In this document: positions 32,679-46,353 of the stretch, piece by piece
How positions within the stretch are numbered: the stretch's first letter is position 1
Layout of the letters: every line of letters starts with the position of its first letter
The notes under the pieces: model-generated
Databases searched by the model: none
What the model saw: only the letters and a program-made list of their open reading frames with translations
What the model was told of the DNA's origin: nothing
Source: Schmidtea polychroa
Lineage: Eukaryota
DNA: 64,000 nt
Assembly (NCBI GenBank): GCA_044892525.1
Contig: CM097885.1
Location: 18,602,001 to 18,666,000 of the forward strand
Direction: 5' to 3'
Position numbers and translations under genes: made by a program

Positions 32679-34445
32679 ATGAAGTCTAATGAAGAATATG
32701 CTATCGCCCAAGAAATCTGGGTTCAGCAAAATTGCGAAGCAATGTTAGACTATATGTTAACGTACCTTAAATTGGACGTATTCCTCTTGGCAGATTATTT
32801 TCAGCAATTCCGTGCCAAAGCAATTGCTTATAACGGCCTTGAACCTTTAAACTTCTATGGAATTCCAGGTATGTCATGGGCGTCAGCGCTCATGACATTA
32901 CAGGAACCTATAGAAGTTCTACAGGATATGGAAATGTATAATTTCTACGAAGGTGGAATACGGGGTGGGTTAACATTTGTTAACAAACATTATGTAGCAA
33001 GTTCTGAAGATACAGAACTTTTGTATATAGATATAAATAATTTATATGGTTGGGCTCTTAGCCAAAATCTTCCTTATGGTAACTTTGTTTGGGTGTATGA
33101 AAATCTGAATGATGTGTTGAGTGAATGCGTGAAATCAGATATTGAAAACCTTCCATATGGTTATACTATGGAAGTAGACATCAATATCCCTAATCGTGTG
33201 CATGAATATTTGAATGATTTTCCGCTTGCTCCGGAAAAAATGTGTCCACCTAATTCAAAGGTTGAGAAGCTTATGCTCACGCATTGGCCTAAGAAGAACC
33301 ATGTTCTTCATTGGCGGCTTCTCAAGCTGTATATAGAATTAGGTGCGGAAGTTGAGCATGTACATAGAGCAATAAAATTTAAACAATCAACAATTTTCAA
33401 AACATATATAGATCGAAATACTAATTTACGTTCAAAATCAACATGTGAACTGCATAGAGATCTATATAAATTATTCAATAATAGTCTCTATGGTAAATCA
33501 GTAGAGAATTTGAAAAAACGTATGAATTTGAGGCTATGCAATTCATCAGCAAAGATGATTGTATACGCCTCCAAACCAACTTTCAAAAAATCAATTAAAA
33601 TAGCGGATGATCTGATTGCGGTTCATCTTAATAAAGATATTATATGTTTAGACAGGCCTAGCTACATAGGCCAATCAGTGCTAGACCTGTCTAAACTACG
33701 CATGTATCAACTGCAATATAATGAATTGGCAAAATATAGATCCGAATTCTTATGTGATATAAATATCGTTGCCGGCGATACTGATTCGTTTTTTCTTGAG
33801 GTTAAGCACTGTAAGCTAGACACTCTTTTGCCGGCAATGATAAGAGATAATCTTCTAGATACCTCTAATTATGATCCCGCACACCCCTTATACTCGAGAA
33901 ACCTTGATTCTGTGATAGGAAAATTTAAAGATGAAAGCAAAGGTCTCGGGTATAAGGAATGGGTTTTCTTAAGACCTAAGTGCTATAGTTTATTAGGTGT
34001 CAAAGATACTATGAGGGCTAAAGGGGTGAAATTAATGGGGACAGAGATTGGGAACCAGTCATATTTAGACTGCTACAATAACAACGTAGAATTTGCAGTG
34101 CCGCAAACTAGGATAGGGACGCGGAACCACCAGCTATATACCATCAAAAATAGTAAAATTGCATTGACAAATAACGATGACAAGCGATTATGGGTGGGGA
34201 AAAATAATAGTATCGCATTTGGGCATTATTTTGGGGTTGATGCTGTAGATAGTGATCAAGTATTGGATGAAGTTGGACCGCTCTCTGTAGGTTTCAGTCC
34301 AGATTTCGATGAAAGTCATCAAATATTAGAGGAAGTTGGACCGCTTTGTGGAGGTTTCAGCCCAGATTTCGATGATAGTATCGTTATAGATGTTGATATA
34401 GACGATATAATATTAACTGATGATGATGATGACGACTATTATTAA
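32679..34445 (+). CDS. Protein-primed DNA polymerase B, N-terminally truncated, with acidic repetitive tail
   Basis: GIRGG, YIDINNLYGWA (motif A), KLFNNSLYGK (motif B), AGDTDS (motif C), GKFKDE, LRPKCYS, DDKR. Confidence 0.9.
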   Translation: MKSNEEYAIAQEIWVQQNCEAMLDYMLTYLKLDVFLLADYFQQFRAKAIAYNGLEPLNFYGIPGMSWASALMTLQEPIEVLQDMEMYNFYEGGIRGGLTFVNKHYVASSEDTELLYIDINNLYGWALSQNLPYGNFVWVYENLNDVLSECVKSDIENLPYGYTMEVDINIPNRVHEYLNDFPLAPEKMCPPNSKVEKLMLTHWPKKNHVLHWRLLKLYIELGAEVEHVHRAIKFKQSTIFKTYIDRNTNLRSKSTCELHRDLYKLFNNSLYGKSVENLKKRMNLRLCNSSAKMIVYASKPTFKKSIKIADDLIAVHLNKDIICLDRPSYIGQSVLDLSKLRMYQLQYNELAKYRSEFLCDINIVAGDTDSFFLEVKHCKLDTLLPAMIRDNLLDTSNYDPAHPLYSRNLDSVIGKFKDESKGLGYKEWVFLRPKCYSLLGVKDTMRAKGVKLMGTEIGNQSYLDCYNNNVEFAVPQTRIGTRNHQLYTIKNSKIALTNNDDKRLWVGKNNSIAFGHYFGVDAVDSDQVLDEVGPLSVGFSPDFDESHQILEEVGPLCGGFSPDFDDSIVIDVDIDDIILTDDDDDDYY

Positions 34446-34636
34446 ATATATCTTCTTTAAAAACTAGACTTTTAATGTGTTCTTTTTTATTTTTTATTGA
34501 TGTATTAAAAACTTCGGATAGTTTTCAAATTTAATCATTTTTAATAATTGTAATAATAACATCTTTTAATATGTGTATTTTTATTATTATTTTGAAAACA
34601 TGTGATAGTTTTCAAGTTTAAACATTTTTTAATAAA

Positions 34637-34685
<49 letters not shown>

Positions 34686-35230
34686 GTAATAAAAATAAAC
34701 TTGCGATATGTTGATTGTAACCAGCTATGTGGAGATTTCAGCCAAGATTTCGATGATAAGGATCAAATATTGGATGATGTTCGACCACTTTGTGGAGATT
34801 TCAACTCAGATTTCGATGATAGTATCGATATAGATGTTGATATTGATGATATATTACTAACTGATAATGATAATGATGAATATTATTAAAAATATATCTT
34901 TTTTAAAAAAAAAAAAAACTAGACTTCATGTGTTCATTTTTATTGGTGTATTAAAAACTTGTGATAGTTTTCAAGTTTAATCATTTTTAATAATCGTAAT
35001 AATAACATCTTTTAATATTTGCATTTTTATTGTTATATTGAAAACATGTGATAATTTTCAAGTTTAAACATTTTTATTATTAGTAATGATAACTACTTTT
35101 AATATGGTCATTTTCATTTTTATTGGTATTTTGAAAACTTGTGATAGTTTCAATTTTATACATTTTTAAATAATAATAATAATGATAATAATAATGATGT
35201 TAATAATAATAATAATAAAAATAAGTAATA

Positions 35231-35300
<70 letters not shown>

Positions 35301-35390
35301 CATTATGAGATGTTGAGTGTAACCAATACGGTTGTGAGCAATAACCATAAGGAGACAAAATATCTTGTCGGATAAACTCAGAGTATACCT

Positions 35391-35762
35391 TTGTTTGACG
35401 ACAAACCAAAATGGTCAAAGCATCCAGGAAAAAGAATATCTCAAAGATTGGAGAATTTAGAAAACAGTTATGAACTATCATTTGCATATATACAAAATAT
35501 AAAAATTAAATTGATCGATCATATTGAAGTTTTCAATAACTCTATTGTTGAAAATAAAAAGAATATGAAAATTATTGATAAGAAGCATGATTATTTGTTA
35601 AAAAAGATCGAATTATTAGTAAGAGAAATTCAAACAATCAAAGGACCAATAGAATATCTGAAAATCAATTCAACGTTACCAATTTCAAACAATATTGCTG
35701 CGAATACTAGTACATCAATATTTAGTTTACCTTTGCTAATTTTACATTATTTTATTGTTTAA
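35391..35762 (+). CDS. Hypothetical 123-aa coiled-coil-like ORF within the Polinton arm; identical inverted copy at 31870-32241
   Basis: Open in both arms, but the start is non-ATG and no domain is recognisable. Confidence 0.35.
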   Translation: MFDDKPKWSKHPGKRISQRLENLENSYELSFAYIQNIKIKLIDHIEVFNNSIVENKKNMKIIDKKHDYLLKKIELLVREIQTIKGPIEYLKINSTLPISNNIAANTSTSIFSLPLLILHYFIV

Positions 35763-35879
35763 ATAAATGTATGTTTTGTTGATTTGTTTAATAATACCCT
35801 TGTGACTTGTTGAGTGTGAGCAGTACCCTTGTAAGCATTACCCATAGGGGGACAAAATATTTTGTCGAATAAACTCGGA

Positions 35880-35996
<117 letters not shown>

Positions 35997-36052
35997 TTAA
36001 TAATAATAATATTAATAATAATAATAATATTAATAATAATAATAATAATAAT

Positions 36053-36182
<130 letters not shown>

Positions 36183-37714
36183 GTGAGATGTTGAGTGTAA
36201 CCAATACCATTGAACTCTTTGAAGGTTATTGAACCTCCATAGACCTTCGATGGTCTCAAATACTCACCATTCAAATACCTTTCGAATGAGCTATTAAATA
36301 ATAAAAACCATTGGCGGGAACTCTGAGAATTTAAATTTAAAAAAATTTAGCATGACTCATCGGATGAGTCATATGACCTTGAATGAGTCATCGGATGAGT
36401 CATATGACTTTGAATGAGTCACCGGACGAGTCATGGTCTTTGTTTCAATGACCGTGGTGAGTCATATGTCTTTGTTTAAAATTTGACCTTGAAAAAAAAA
36501 TTTTAAATGGCGGGGGGGTGGGGGGTATGTCTTTGTCCCAGAGGGCCGCTGGTTTAGTGGGCCGCTATCCCTCTACTATTATATAATAAATTGAAATATA
36601 GTAGTAGGTATGAGGAAAAAGAAATGATAATATAATAATATGATAATAGCCTAATGGCCGGGGAAGATCCTGAGAATCAGTCAAATTTGGAAATAGAACT
36701 TGAAAGATTTGGAGTAAGTTCAATTTTTATAAATGCTAAAAATAGAATGGTGTAAATAAAGTCGTAGGAATGTTAAAATAATTTTATACCAAAACGCTTC
36801 AATAATGATAATTCAGGTGTTAAAGGCAATATTAGTTTCATAAAAAGGTTACCCAGAATTGAAATTTGAAAAAGTACAGCGTCAGGCCTGCATAGTGGAG
36901 AATCTAAACCGTTTGTGTGCGGCAGGCATCCAGAAAGGCTAAAAGTTATTTTTAAATCCTTTAATTAAATTCACAGGTGTTGAGTGGATATGGTACACAA
37001 ATCTTGCGAGAGCTAATTAATCCACTTACAGTCAGTCAATCGAACTGTAACTTGGCAAATAGACTTATAGTCGATGACAATGCGTTTTACTCAGTTTTGG
37101 TGTCACACACACTAACACATCAAAGTTGTAGTTAGAGTGCTAAAACTTGAAATTTATATATATTAATGTTTTTCACTATGGTTCCGGATGATGGGTTATT
37201 GAAGTGATTTTGATTTTAAAAATATTTTGTTTCAAATTATTCCGGGCACACATTCTTGAGAAAGAGAATTTTGAAGTTTTTGAATGTTCAAACTTATTTG
37301 TTGGAACATTATGTTATCGCTCCATTCTTTTTTTTCTATTAACAGTGCAATTTCACTTTGTATTGGAACATGAATTTTTATGAGAATGTGACCACAATGT
37401 AGTCATATCTCTATAAATATATAAACTTCTTACAAATATACCAGTAAACTAAATTAATAAGTTTTTGAATTTAATTTTTTAATTCTTTTAATATAAGGCG
37501 CACAGGCGAAATACTTTGGACGTACGTATGGACCATTTTTACTATTATTGGATAATATGTGAAATTCAATTATTAAAGCTTTGATTATATTGATTTTCAA
37601 AGAGAATGACAGGATACAAAACATATAAATCAGATGAGGAAGGGATTATAAGGACATTTCATAATGTTCTAGATAATCATGAAATTATAAGTGATGACAT
37701 TGAACTCTTCATGT

Positions 37715-38684
37715 TGTTGGGTTATTGGGTTGGTGAAATTGTTTGTAAATTCAAACTTTTACTCTGACTCCAAAGCGTGTTTATAAATTCACAATTCAAC
37801 ACTCTTGAACACGATAAGCTTTATTAATATCCACATGGGATTGTACAAATTTCAATTACAACCAATTAACTGTAAACCAATTTATCATACAGAGCTTATT
37901 TCGACACTACGTGAAGAATAGCCTTTTCTGTAATCACAACAATAATCACTAGGCGTCAACTACTAAATTACAGGGTACATTGATCGATTGTTCTATTTGC
38001 TTAGACTACACAATTTATTTACTCCGCTTCCACTTTATATCCAATTTTACAAAAGATTCTCGTCACTTCTCGTTTCACTCTGTTCTGAACTATGTTCAAT
38101 TCTCCCTTTAAATGTTCCTTTAAATTCTCCCTTTAATTCTCCTTTTTACTCTCGTTTTCTTTTCTCGTTTTCTCGGTTTTGTCTCTAATTTATTTCCCTT
38201 TTGTTTCTAATTTCGTTCTATTTTTGGTTCTGCTTCTGTTCTTATTTCTCGATCAACTGTTCTTTATATAGTCTGCTTCATTTGTAGCACTGGCGACAGA
38301 TGATGTTTTCCATTTTCCTTTTCCCCTACGTCAGCCTTATCTCTGACAGATATTAAGATATTTTCCCATTTTCCTTTTTTATTAAACCGCCTTCTCCCGA
38401 CAATTTCGTTATCTTTGACAAGCTGTCAAGATACGGCTTTTCCCCCTATTTTGTTTTTCTGGAATTTGAAATTCCACCTTCATTTGTACTTCTTAATTAA
38501 CAATGACCTTTGTTTTAATTTCTTGTTCGTTTCCTTTTATTTGATTTATCTTTCTCATTTTTAATTTCTTTTTACTTCCGTTTTCTTTTCTGAGTTCCCA
38601 TAGATCGTCCCGTTTGGCTTGGCGATCTTGCCCCAGGTAATCTATTTATTTATTATGTTATTTATCATTTAGGTATCCTCAACA
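37715..38684 (-). mobile_element. Solo LTR (Gypsy-like, 4-bp TSD)
   Basis: TGTTG...CAACA; TSD ATGT on both sides; TATA-like CTATATAAAG on the minus strand near 38267. Confidence 0.7.
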
Positions 38685-38696
38685 ATGTATTGATTA

Positions 38697-39635
38697 TGTT
38701 GGGGTTCCTAAATGGAAATATTGCTCATTTCTGAGCTCAAGTAGAAGAAGCATTTGATACGCCCAAGAATTATTTGTCACATGTTTCATAATAATCTAGT
38801 GGCAATTATTTTTGTCTGGTTGAATATTATTATTAATGTTTTCACCATTGATTTTCAAAAATTTGGGATTTAAAAAAGGAATATTAAAAATTTAAAATCA
38901 AGAAATCATCGAATTAAAATTTGAAAACGGGTCAGATGTAAATGAGTCAATGAGAAAGATAATGACAAGAACGGATTTAACAGAATATGTTCAGAAAGGG
39001 TCGAAATGCAGGAAAGCGTACAAAAACAGAAAATCTTTAATTAATTAATTAATTAATTAAGGAAAACCAAGTTAAGTAAAAAGAAAGAAAAGTAAACAAA
39101 GTCGATTCTGGAAATCATTATCTTGACAACACGAGAAATGGGAAAACGGGGAAAAGATTACCGCAAGAGAGACGCACGGTGGGACAATTAATTATTTCTT
39201 TAGTAGGAGAAAAGATGAAAAAATCCGCAAGGCAAATCCCTTATTCAGTCCAATTCAAATATATAAAGGAGCTCAAACTCAGAAACAATCGGCATTTTGC
39301 CTCAGGTAGGAATGAAGAAATCGACAGTAGGATTAAAAAGAAAAATTGAAGTCAGAAGATAGAATTAGTGGAAGCGAAAATAAAAGAATCGAGTAAAAGG
39401 AGTAAAGAAAAGAAGTGATTATTGTTGCTTAACATGCAGAGCTAAGAAGGTTACAGCGAGACTTATTGAATAGTCAGAATAAGCTTTTTTAAAACCATAT
39501 TCGAAGTTTTATGAATTGTAGATTTTACAAATTTGATTACAAATATATGTTGAGTGTTGTTTATTTAATTGTTTTACAGAACACATGGAGTCAGAAACAC
39601 CGACGTCGTTAATTTAGTTAACTAAAACCTGAACA
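38697..39635 (+). mobile_element. Related solo LTR in the opposite orientation
   Basis: TGTTGGGGTTCCTAAATG...GAACA; flanks ATTA/CTTA; TATATAAAG near 39260; TGGAGTCAGA near its 3' end shared with the neighbour. Confidence 0.6.
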
Positions 39636-39686
39636 CTTATATGAACGGAATAAAAATAAAATAAAATAAATTTTTGTGGGTTAGAA

Positions 39687-39929
39687 ATGAACAAATCTTT
39701 TAAAGATGAGCAAATTCCTATAAAAACTTTGAAATTACTTGTTGAATTTACAATGTGCTTACTGGGTACTAATACGACAGTGGAAGGGAAATTTACAATT
39801 ATTATCGATTTCTGGAGTAGTGACAAATCAAAATTAAACATAAAAACCGTATCAGCAGTAAATTCAATGATGATGAATCTCAAAATAAAAAATATCATTA
39901 AAAAAATGAAAATAAAAAACCTTTCGTAG
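39687..39929 (+). pseudogene. hAT transposase C-terminal dimerisation-domain remnant
   Basis: LVEFTMCLLGTNTTVEGKFT..WSSDKSKLNIKTV resembles the PgTNa.VER.FS..W...K..L consensus. Confidence 0.6.
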
Positions 39930-41541
39930 AGCACATAGTAACCCGCATTTTCCAATCTTTTGTAATGGTTTCAAGTAAAAAAACTCTGGCCAGTTAATAT
40001 TCAGCTATTTCATGTTATCTATAAAGCATTTTTAATACTTTTCAATTTTAATCAAAAAATGTCTTTTATTTCATATTTTAACCCCTTAAGTATCCATGTC
40101 AGTATTTATCATAGGCGAAGTCATACCTTAGCGGTTATGTAAAATACATTCGCAAGTTGAAAACTTTTGCACTTTCTAAATGGTCTTGCTGATTATATAC
40201 GCTTGAGTGATATTGAGTGAAATTGGTGAGTCGAGGAATTACTATAGAAAAGCTTTTACAAAGACTTGTGCCACTCAAGGAGATAATAAACGTCACACTT
40301 AATGTTATTCATAATTAAAAAATAAAAGACTAGTAGTAGTAATAGTTATGACAGTAATAGTAATATAAGGAACAACAAAAATAACAATAATGGCGATGGT
40401 AGTTCTTTTCCAAAAAATAAATCTCGAGCATGGGCTTCAAAATAAATCGGGATAATATCAAATTATGCAAGAGTTCATTAGGTACTTTTCTAAAGGTTTT
40501 TCTCAATATTTTACATTCAATAAATTTTATGCTTTTAAATAACTAATTAATTAAAAAATAATTATAAAATATATAATTTAATAAATTCATTTCAACTACC
40601 ACAAATCGGCTCTTAAATTCATTAGATTAATTAAAATACTTCAGATAAAAAACATTCATAAAAACATAAAACATAATAATATTTTATATAATTTTAATAA
40701 AAATTTTAATTTAGCAATAATTTATATTACTCCTTTAAAAATATTGGCCTAATGTGTAGATAATTTAAAAAATTTGTTTGTTTAAATTTTACTATTTTAT
40801 AAATGTCATTAAATATTATTTACGAATGAATTTAAAAGTTCTTTAAAAAGTCAAGCTTGATTTAACTCCTATATAATTATAGAAATATCTATTTTAAGAA
40901 TTTGTTTTTTTATTTATTATTTTTAAATTAATATTAATTTTATATTTTTAAATAACACCTTTATATCAATGAAAACAAAATTTATTTTAATTTCAATCTT
41001 TGTTCCAGGCATAGTAGATTAATTTAGTTTATTAGATAATCTAAAATCAGATTGATTGGTAAATTTACTCTCTAATAATATTTAGCTAATTAAAACAAAC
41101 TAATTATTTCAAAAATAAATTTCTAAATAAAATGTTTTCTGTTATCATTAAAAATATCAGAATACCGTATAAATAAAAAAATATATGCGTGCTGTTTAAT
41201 TTTAATTTAAAAATTAATATAAAAAGGATATATTAAAAACAAAATTTATGAATTTTTTTTTTGCATTATTGCGAAGCATTAGGCGACTATGTATAGGGAT
41301 ATTTATTCAAATAGTAAATGCATTGTCATGACCAGAGACAATTGGTTTATGTTTTCTACAATATTTCCATTGAAAGCATTGTACATTCATCCTAATATTC
41401 CCTGATTTTACCTGAATACAACTGGAATTGTCGAGAATAAATTATTTATCTTCATGCTTTGTCAAGAACAAAATTACAAGCAAATTAATTTTAAACAGAA
41501 ATCAAAAGTAAAAATAAAAATACAATAATTAATAAAAAAGG

Positions 41542-41650
<109 letters not shown>

Positions 41651-41756
41651 TATTATTATTATAATAATCATATTAATAATAATAATAATAATATTATTAT
41701 TAATAATAATAATATTAAAAATAATAATAATAGTAATAATAATAATAATAATAATA

Positions 41757-41816
<60 letters not shown>

Positions 41817-43619
41817 GTAAAACCTTATTACTGAATTTGAAAGATTATAAGATGCCATTATTTAATTAATTTGATGAGGATCACTGTTTAAATTTAATAT
41901 TAAATCCATCTTTATTCTTTTCATAATTTTGGTCAAATGTAAGTATAAAATATTTATTTATAATTATTATACTATAATGTTGTATTTTTATGTTAATCCA
42001 GGGATACTTAATTTGAGAAAACCGGTTGTCAAGGAATTATATAACTCCAAGGAGAGCTGGAGGGCAGAAGGATGAGAAATTAGCCATTAATTACTAAGTT
42101 AATGAGAAAATTGAAACAATTATTAAACTAAATGAATTTAGTTGCCGCCCCTCTGTGCATATGAAAAGTTTATTATTGTAAGTAATACATTATCTCTAAA
42201 TTATGAACCATAAATGAAAGGAAATTGGAATGATTTAGTGATGTGCTCCCCAATGACGTTCATTATCATTATTCTTTGAATCTGATCTTCGCCTACTACG
42301 ATTTTTAACCCTTTTTCCAGTCCCGTGCATCACATGTGATACTTACAACGTATTTTCTTTAAGCATTTTCTATATGCAGATAAACAAAAGATTAAAAAAT
42401 AAAGAAATAAACTAATAAACTAAAAGATTATTCCAAAACTCACTTACTTTAAGCCTAAAATAGTTTTGATAATTGTTTTTTCTTTAAAATAAATTCAAAT
42501 AATCAGATATATAAATAAACAGGCTTTACCAACGCAGATTCATCCAACATTTGGTTTCATGCATCCAATAATTTCATATTCACTTATATATTACTGAAAA
42601 TATAAAAACATTGATACCCGAAATGAAAGCCTAAACATATCAAGCCTTGATAAATTATTTATTCATAATGTGATTATTTTAACGCTGTTATACAAAACAT
42701 TTTTATAATGGTGTAAAATATTTTTTTACGGATGTCTAATATTAAAATAATATAAACATTACAAGCTTTGTGATACTCAGTGCAAATCCCAATAGTAAAC
42801 TAGTTTCGAGCTTTTGGCTCTCATCAGTACTATGCAGGAGACGCGAAGATTTCTCTTCGCGCCAGTTAAGTATACAATATTACTGATTCAACTCTATTGC
42901 ATACTTTACCTGCTACACTGTAAATCACATCACTTGCAAATAAGCTAAATCACAGAACATTTTTGGTTCGTGGATTTGCATTGGTATGTTCTTCTCCTGG
43001 AAAGATGACATCTTAACTCACCGTTTATTACTACTCCAAACAAACAAATACAGTTCTGCTTTATTGTTAAAATTACATATTCTCCATGCAATAAATAATT
43101 GGTTTTTTTTAAATTAAAAAGTTACTACAAGAATATTTTGTTATTGCAATTGTTATTATTAAATATTTGCATGTAATACCAAAGTATTTACGTTCAATGT
43201 AATGATATTTTCAGAATATTTCTGGTAAAAAATATCTAGGGAAACCAAAAATTAAATAAGCAAACAATATATGAAGGAAAAATGAAAATATTTAGGAAAT
43301 ATTAAATAAGTCAGAAATAATAAAAAAATAATAAAATAATAAAAATAAATAATAACGCGCGAGTTATACTCGAATATTTTTAATGTCTACTATCTATGTC
43401 ATATATATTTCAAATTTTTTTCTACTGAATTTAACTTACCTTTTATCAACCCTTACAGTATATCAATTCATTTTTTGGTTTAAATGTCCTATATAAATAA
43501 TAAGACAAAACTAGTTTGAAAAAGTATTTACCGTAACCAAAAGAAATGAAAGATTTGTGTATTATATGTTTCTTTGCGCCTTATCACAATTGCAGTTTAC
43601 TGAGCTCGGTTATGTAATC

Positions 43620-43842
43620 CAGTGTTTCCCGACCTTCTTTATACCATGTCCCACCGTAGTATTTTCAAAATTCATATGCCCTGTATAACTGTCAAACTTC
43701 GATAACGAGTATTTTGTTGTATGCACGTTGTTATATTTAGTCTTGTAAGAGCAAATTATCTTAAAAAGATATATGTGGAATGGTTGATAATTGCTGACGT
43801 GCCCCACCTCTGAGGCGTGATGCCCCACCGTGGGAAACACCG
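43620..43842. mobile_element. hAT (Buster-type) MITE
   Basis: CAGTGTTTCCC ... GGGAAACACCG with 8-bp TSD ATGTAATC. Confidence 0.85.
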
Positions 43843-45323
43843 ATGTAATCCGTATTACCTAAGGTGTCCTATTTTCTAAAAACCATTGGAGTTAATATTT
43901 CATTTGGACTTTTTAGTAATTGCTTTCTATATTTAAATTAAATATATTATCTATAACCAATTAATTACGATTATTTTTGAAAATATTTTATACATGAAAT
44001 TTATTTCGGTTATATATTTAGATAATTTTACTGATGAAAGTCAAACAGCTTTTTTCTATGTCAATTGAAATTTCGTTTGTAATTTAATTTTAATTTAATT
44101 TTTTGTATTGTTAATAAATTTTAATAATAAAAATAATTCGTAAATTAATATTATCTTGAAATATATATATAATATTATAATAATAACTCTCGCATTTTCT
44201 TAATATTTATAAATCTCAAATACATCTCCAAACCTTATTATAAATTATATTAATTATTATCTTTACATATTTAATTTTTTAAATATAAAATTATCCATAA
44301 ATTCAACTTTCTGGATTATTTATGTTTAATATTTATGTAATTTATAATAAATATGGATAATGAAATAATCGCAAAATTTAACAATTATTTTATTTTAAAT
44401 TATATCAAGAAATGCAATTTTTTTTTGTAAAGTTTTAAATCATTATAGTAATTTATTGTCATGAAATAGTGACTAACTATTTATTAAAAAAAATAACTAC
44501 AACAACTATGTAAACAATAACATGATTACAATTTGTTTACAATAATATTTATAGAATATTATATTATAAATATTAAATTATAAATATTATATTATAAATA
44601 TTAAATTATAAATATTAAATTATAAATATTATATTATCAATATTATATTATAAATATTATATTATAAATATTATATTATAAATATTATATTATAAATATT
44701 AAATTATAGATATTAAATTATAGATATTAAATTATAGTTATCAAATTATTTACGTCATCCCCACTCAATATGTAACAAATGTCACTATTTGACTCACAGT
44801 CAGAATTAATAATAAAGTAAGATTTAAATATAATTTATTAAAATCCTTCATTTTTATTTTGAAAAAAAAAGCTTTGAAAAAATTTCTTTTATATGTTTAC
44901 GAAGTATTAACTCACAATAAATTCAATATAATTCACTAACAAAAGAGTGATTTATCAAATAACGGGTGAAATTTTATTCAATGGATTTCCTTAAAAATGA
45001 TTTTACTTTATAAATTTTGAAATATTTTACTGCAGCTTTTACAATGAAAATAGTGTCAAAAAACACAATTAAATAAATAGTATCGATTTTTAAGTGAAAA
45101 TAAATGAGGTTTTTTTTGTGTTTTTTCCATTTTTCTTAATAACTGACATTTCATAAATATAATAATTCTAATAAAAACTTTCCCGATTTTATTGTTCATT
45201 TTCAATCGTATTTGGAAATCGTTTATTAATTCACATGTAATGAATGCAATGCTTGACTATGAATCAGTAAATATATCGATGTTTTTTTGATATTCACAAA
45301 TTGTCAATCGAAGGGATTAACTA

Positions 45324-46353
45324 CACCCGTTTGCAGTAAACAAACGCATCTATAATATGGCTTAGTGTGTACAACCAATCATAGATGCGTCACTACATTC
45401 CTGTATTTCTGATGAATGATTAAATTTTAGAATTAAATGTAGTTAATTTAAGATTAACTATTATAGAAATTTTATAAATGGCTTTCAAGTAATTTCTTTT
45501 ATTTAAAGTAAATTTTAAGACTTGAATTTTGATCCATACGAGATCATTATTTAAGCTCTTAAATATTACTTTTAATCAACATTTTTTATTATAAATTATT
45601 TATAATTAAATTTCAGCGTTTTCTTTGGGATTTTTATGAAATGTTACGAAGTTATTTGAAATTATTTCGTTATAATGTAAGTCAAATATATTTTTAACTA
45701 TAAATAAATTTAAGTAATCGCCAAACACAATTTTCATTTCTTCCAAAGATGCATAAAAATTGGATTCTACGAAATCCAACTAATTATTTCTATGTTCTTC
45801 TGAATTAATTTGTCTTCTGCTACCTCTTTTTTGTTTGCAAATTTCTTCATATTTTTTATATTTGTAAATTATTGTTCCAATCGAGTTTTTGGTAATTCCA
45901 AGTAATCCTCCAAATTCTTCGTAATTTTCAACATTTTCAAAGGCATTAATTAGTTGAATTTTGTCATATTCTATTAAAAAACTAATATTAAATTTATTAA
46001 AAATTGAAGATAAATCTTACGAAATAATGTCTTTATTATCTATACAACTCAAAGTTGATTTTTCGGAATTTTCGTCAAAATATTTTTGGTCATTCTTTTC
46101 TAAAAAATTTTAAAAATGTCTGTAAATGATTTATTATAGTGCGCTTATTCATTACAACGATTCAACATATCGAAATTTTTCATGCATTTTTTTACTATGT
46201 GTTGTGTTTGCGTGTGTAAGTTTATTTTTCCTATCATTTTCTCACTTTCTATATTAAATGTGTTTGTTCATTGCAACGCTAAAAATCAACACACAGGTAA
46301 GGTATTAATTTTATTTTTACATTATAGATGCGTTTGTTCACTGCAAATGGGTT
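45324..46353. mobile_element. Non-autonomous TA-flanked TIR element (family member 3)
   Basis: CACCCGTTTGCAGTAAACAAACGCATCTATAAT ... ATTATAGATGCGTTTGTTCACTGCAAATGGGT. Confidence 0.75.
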
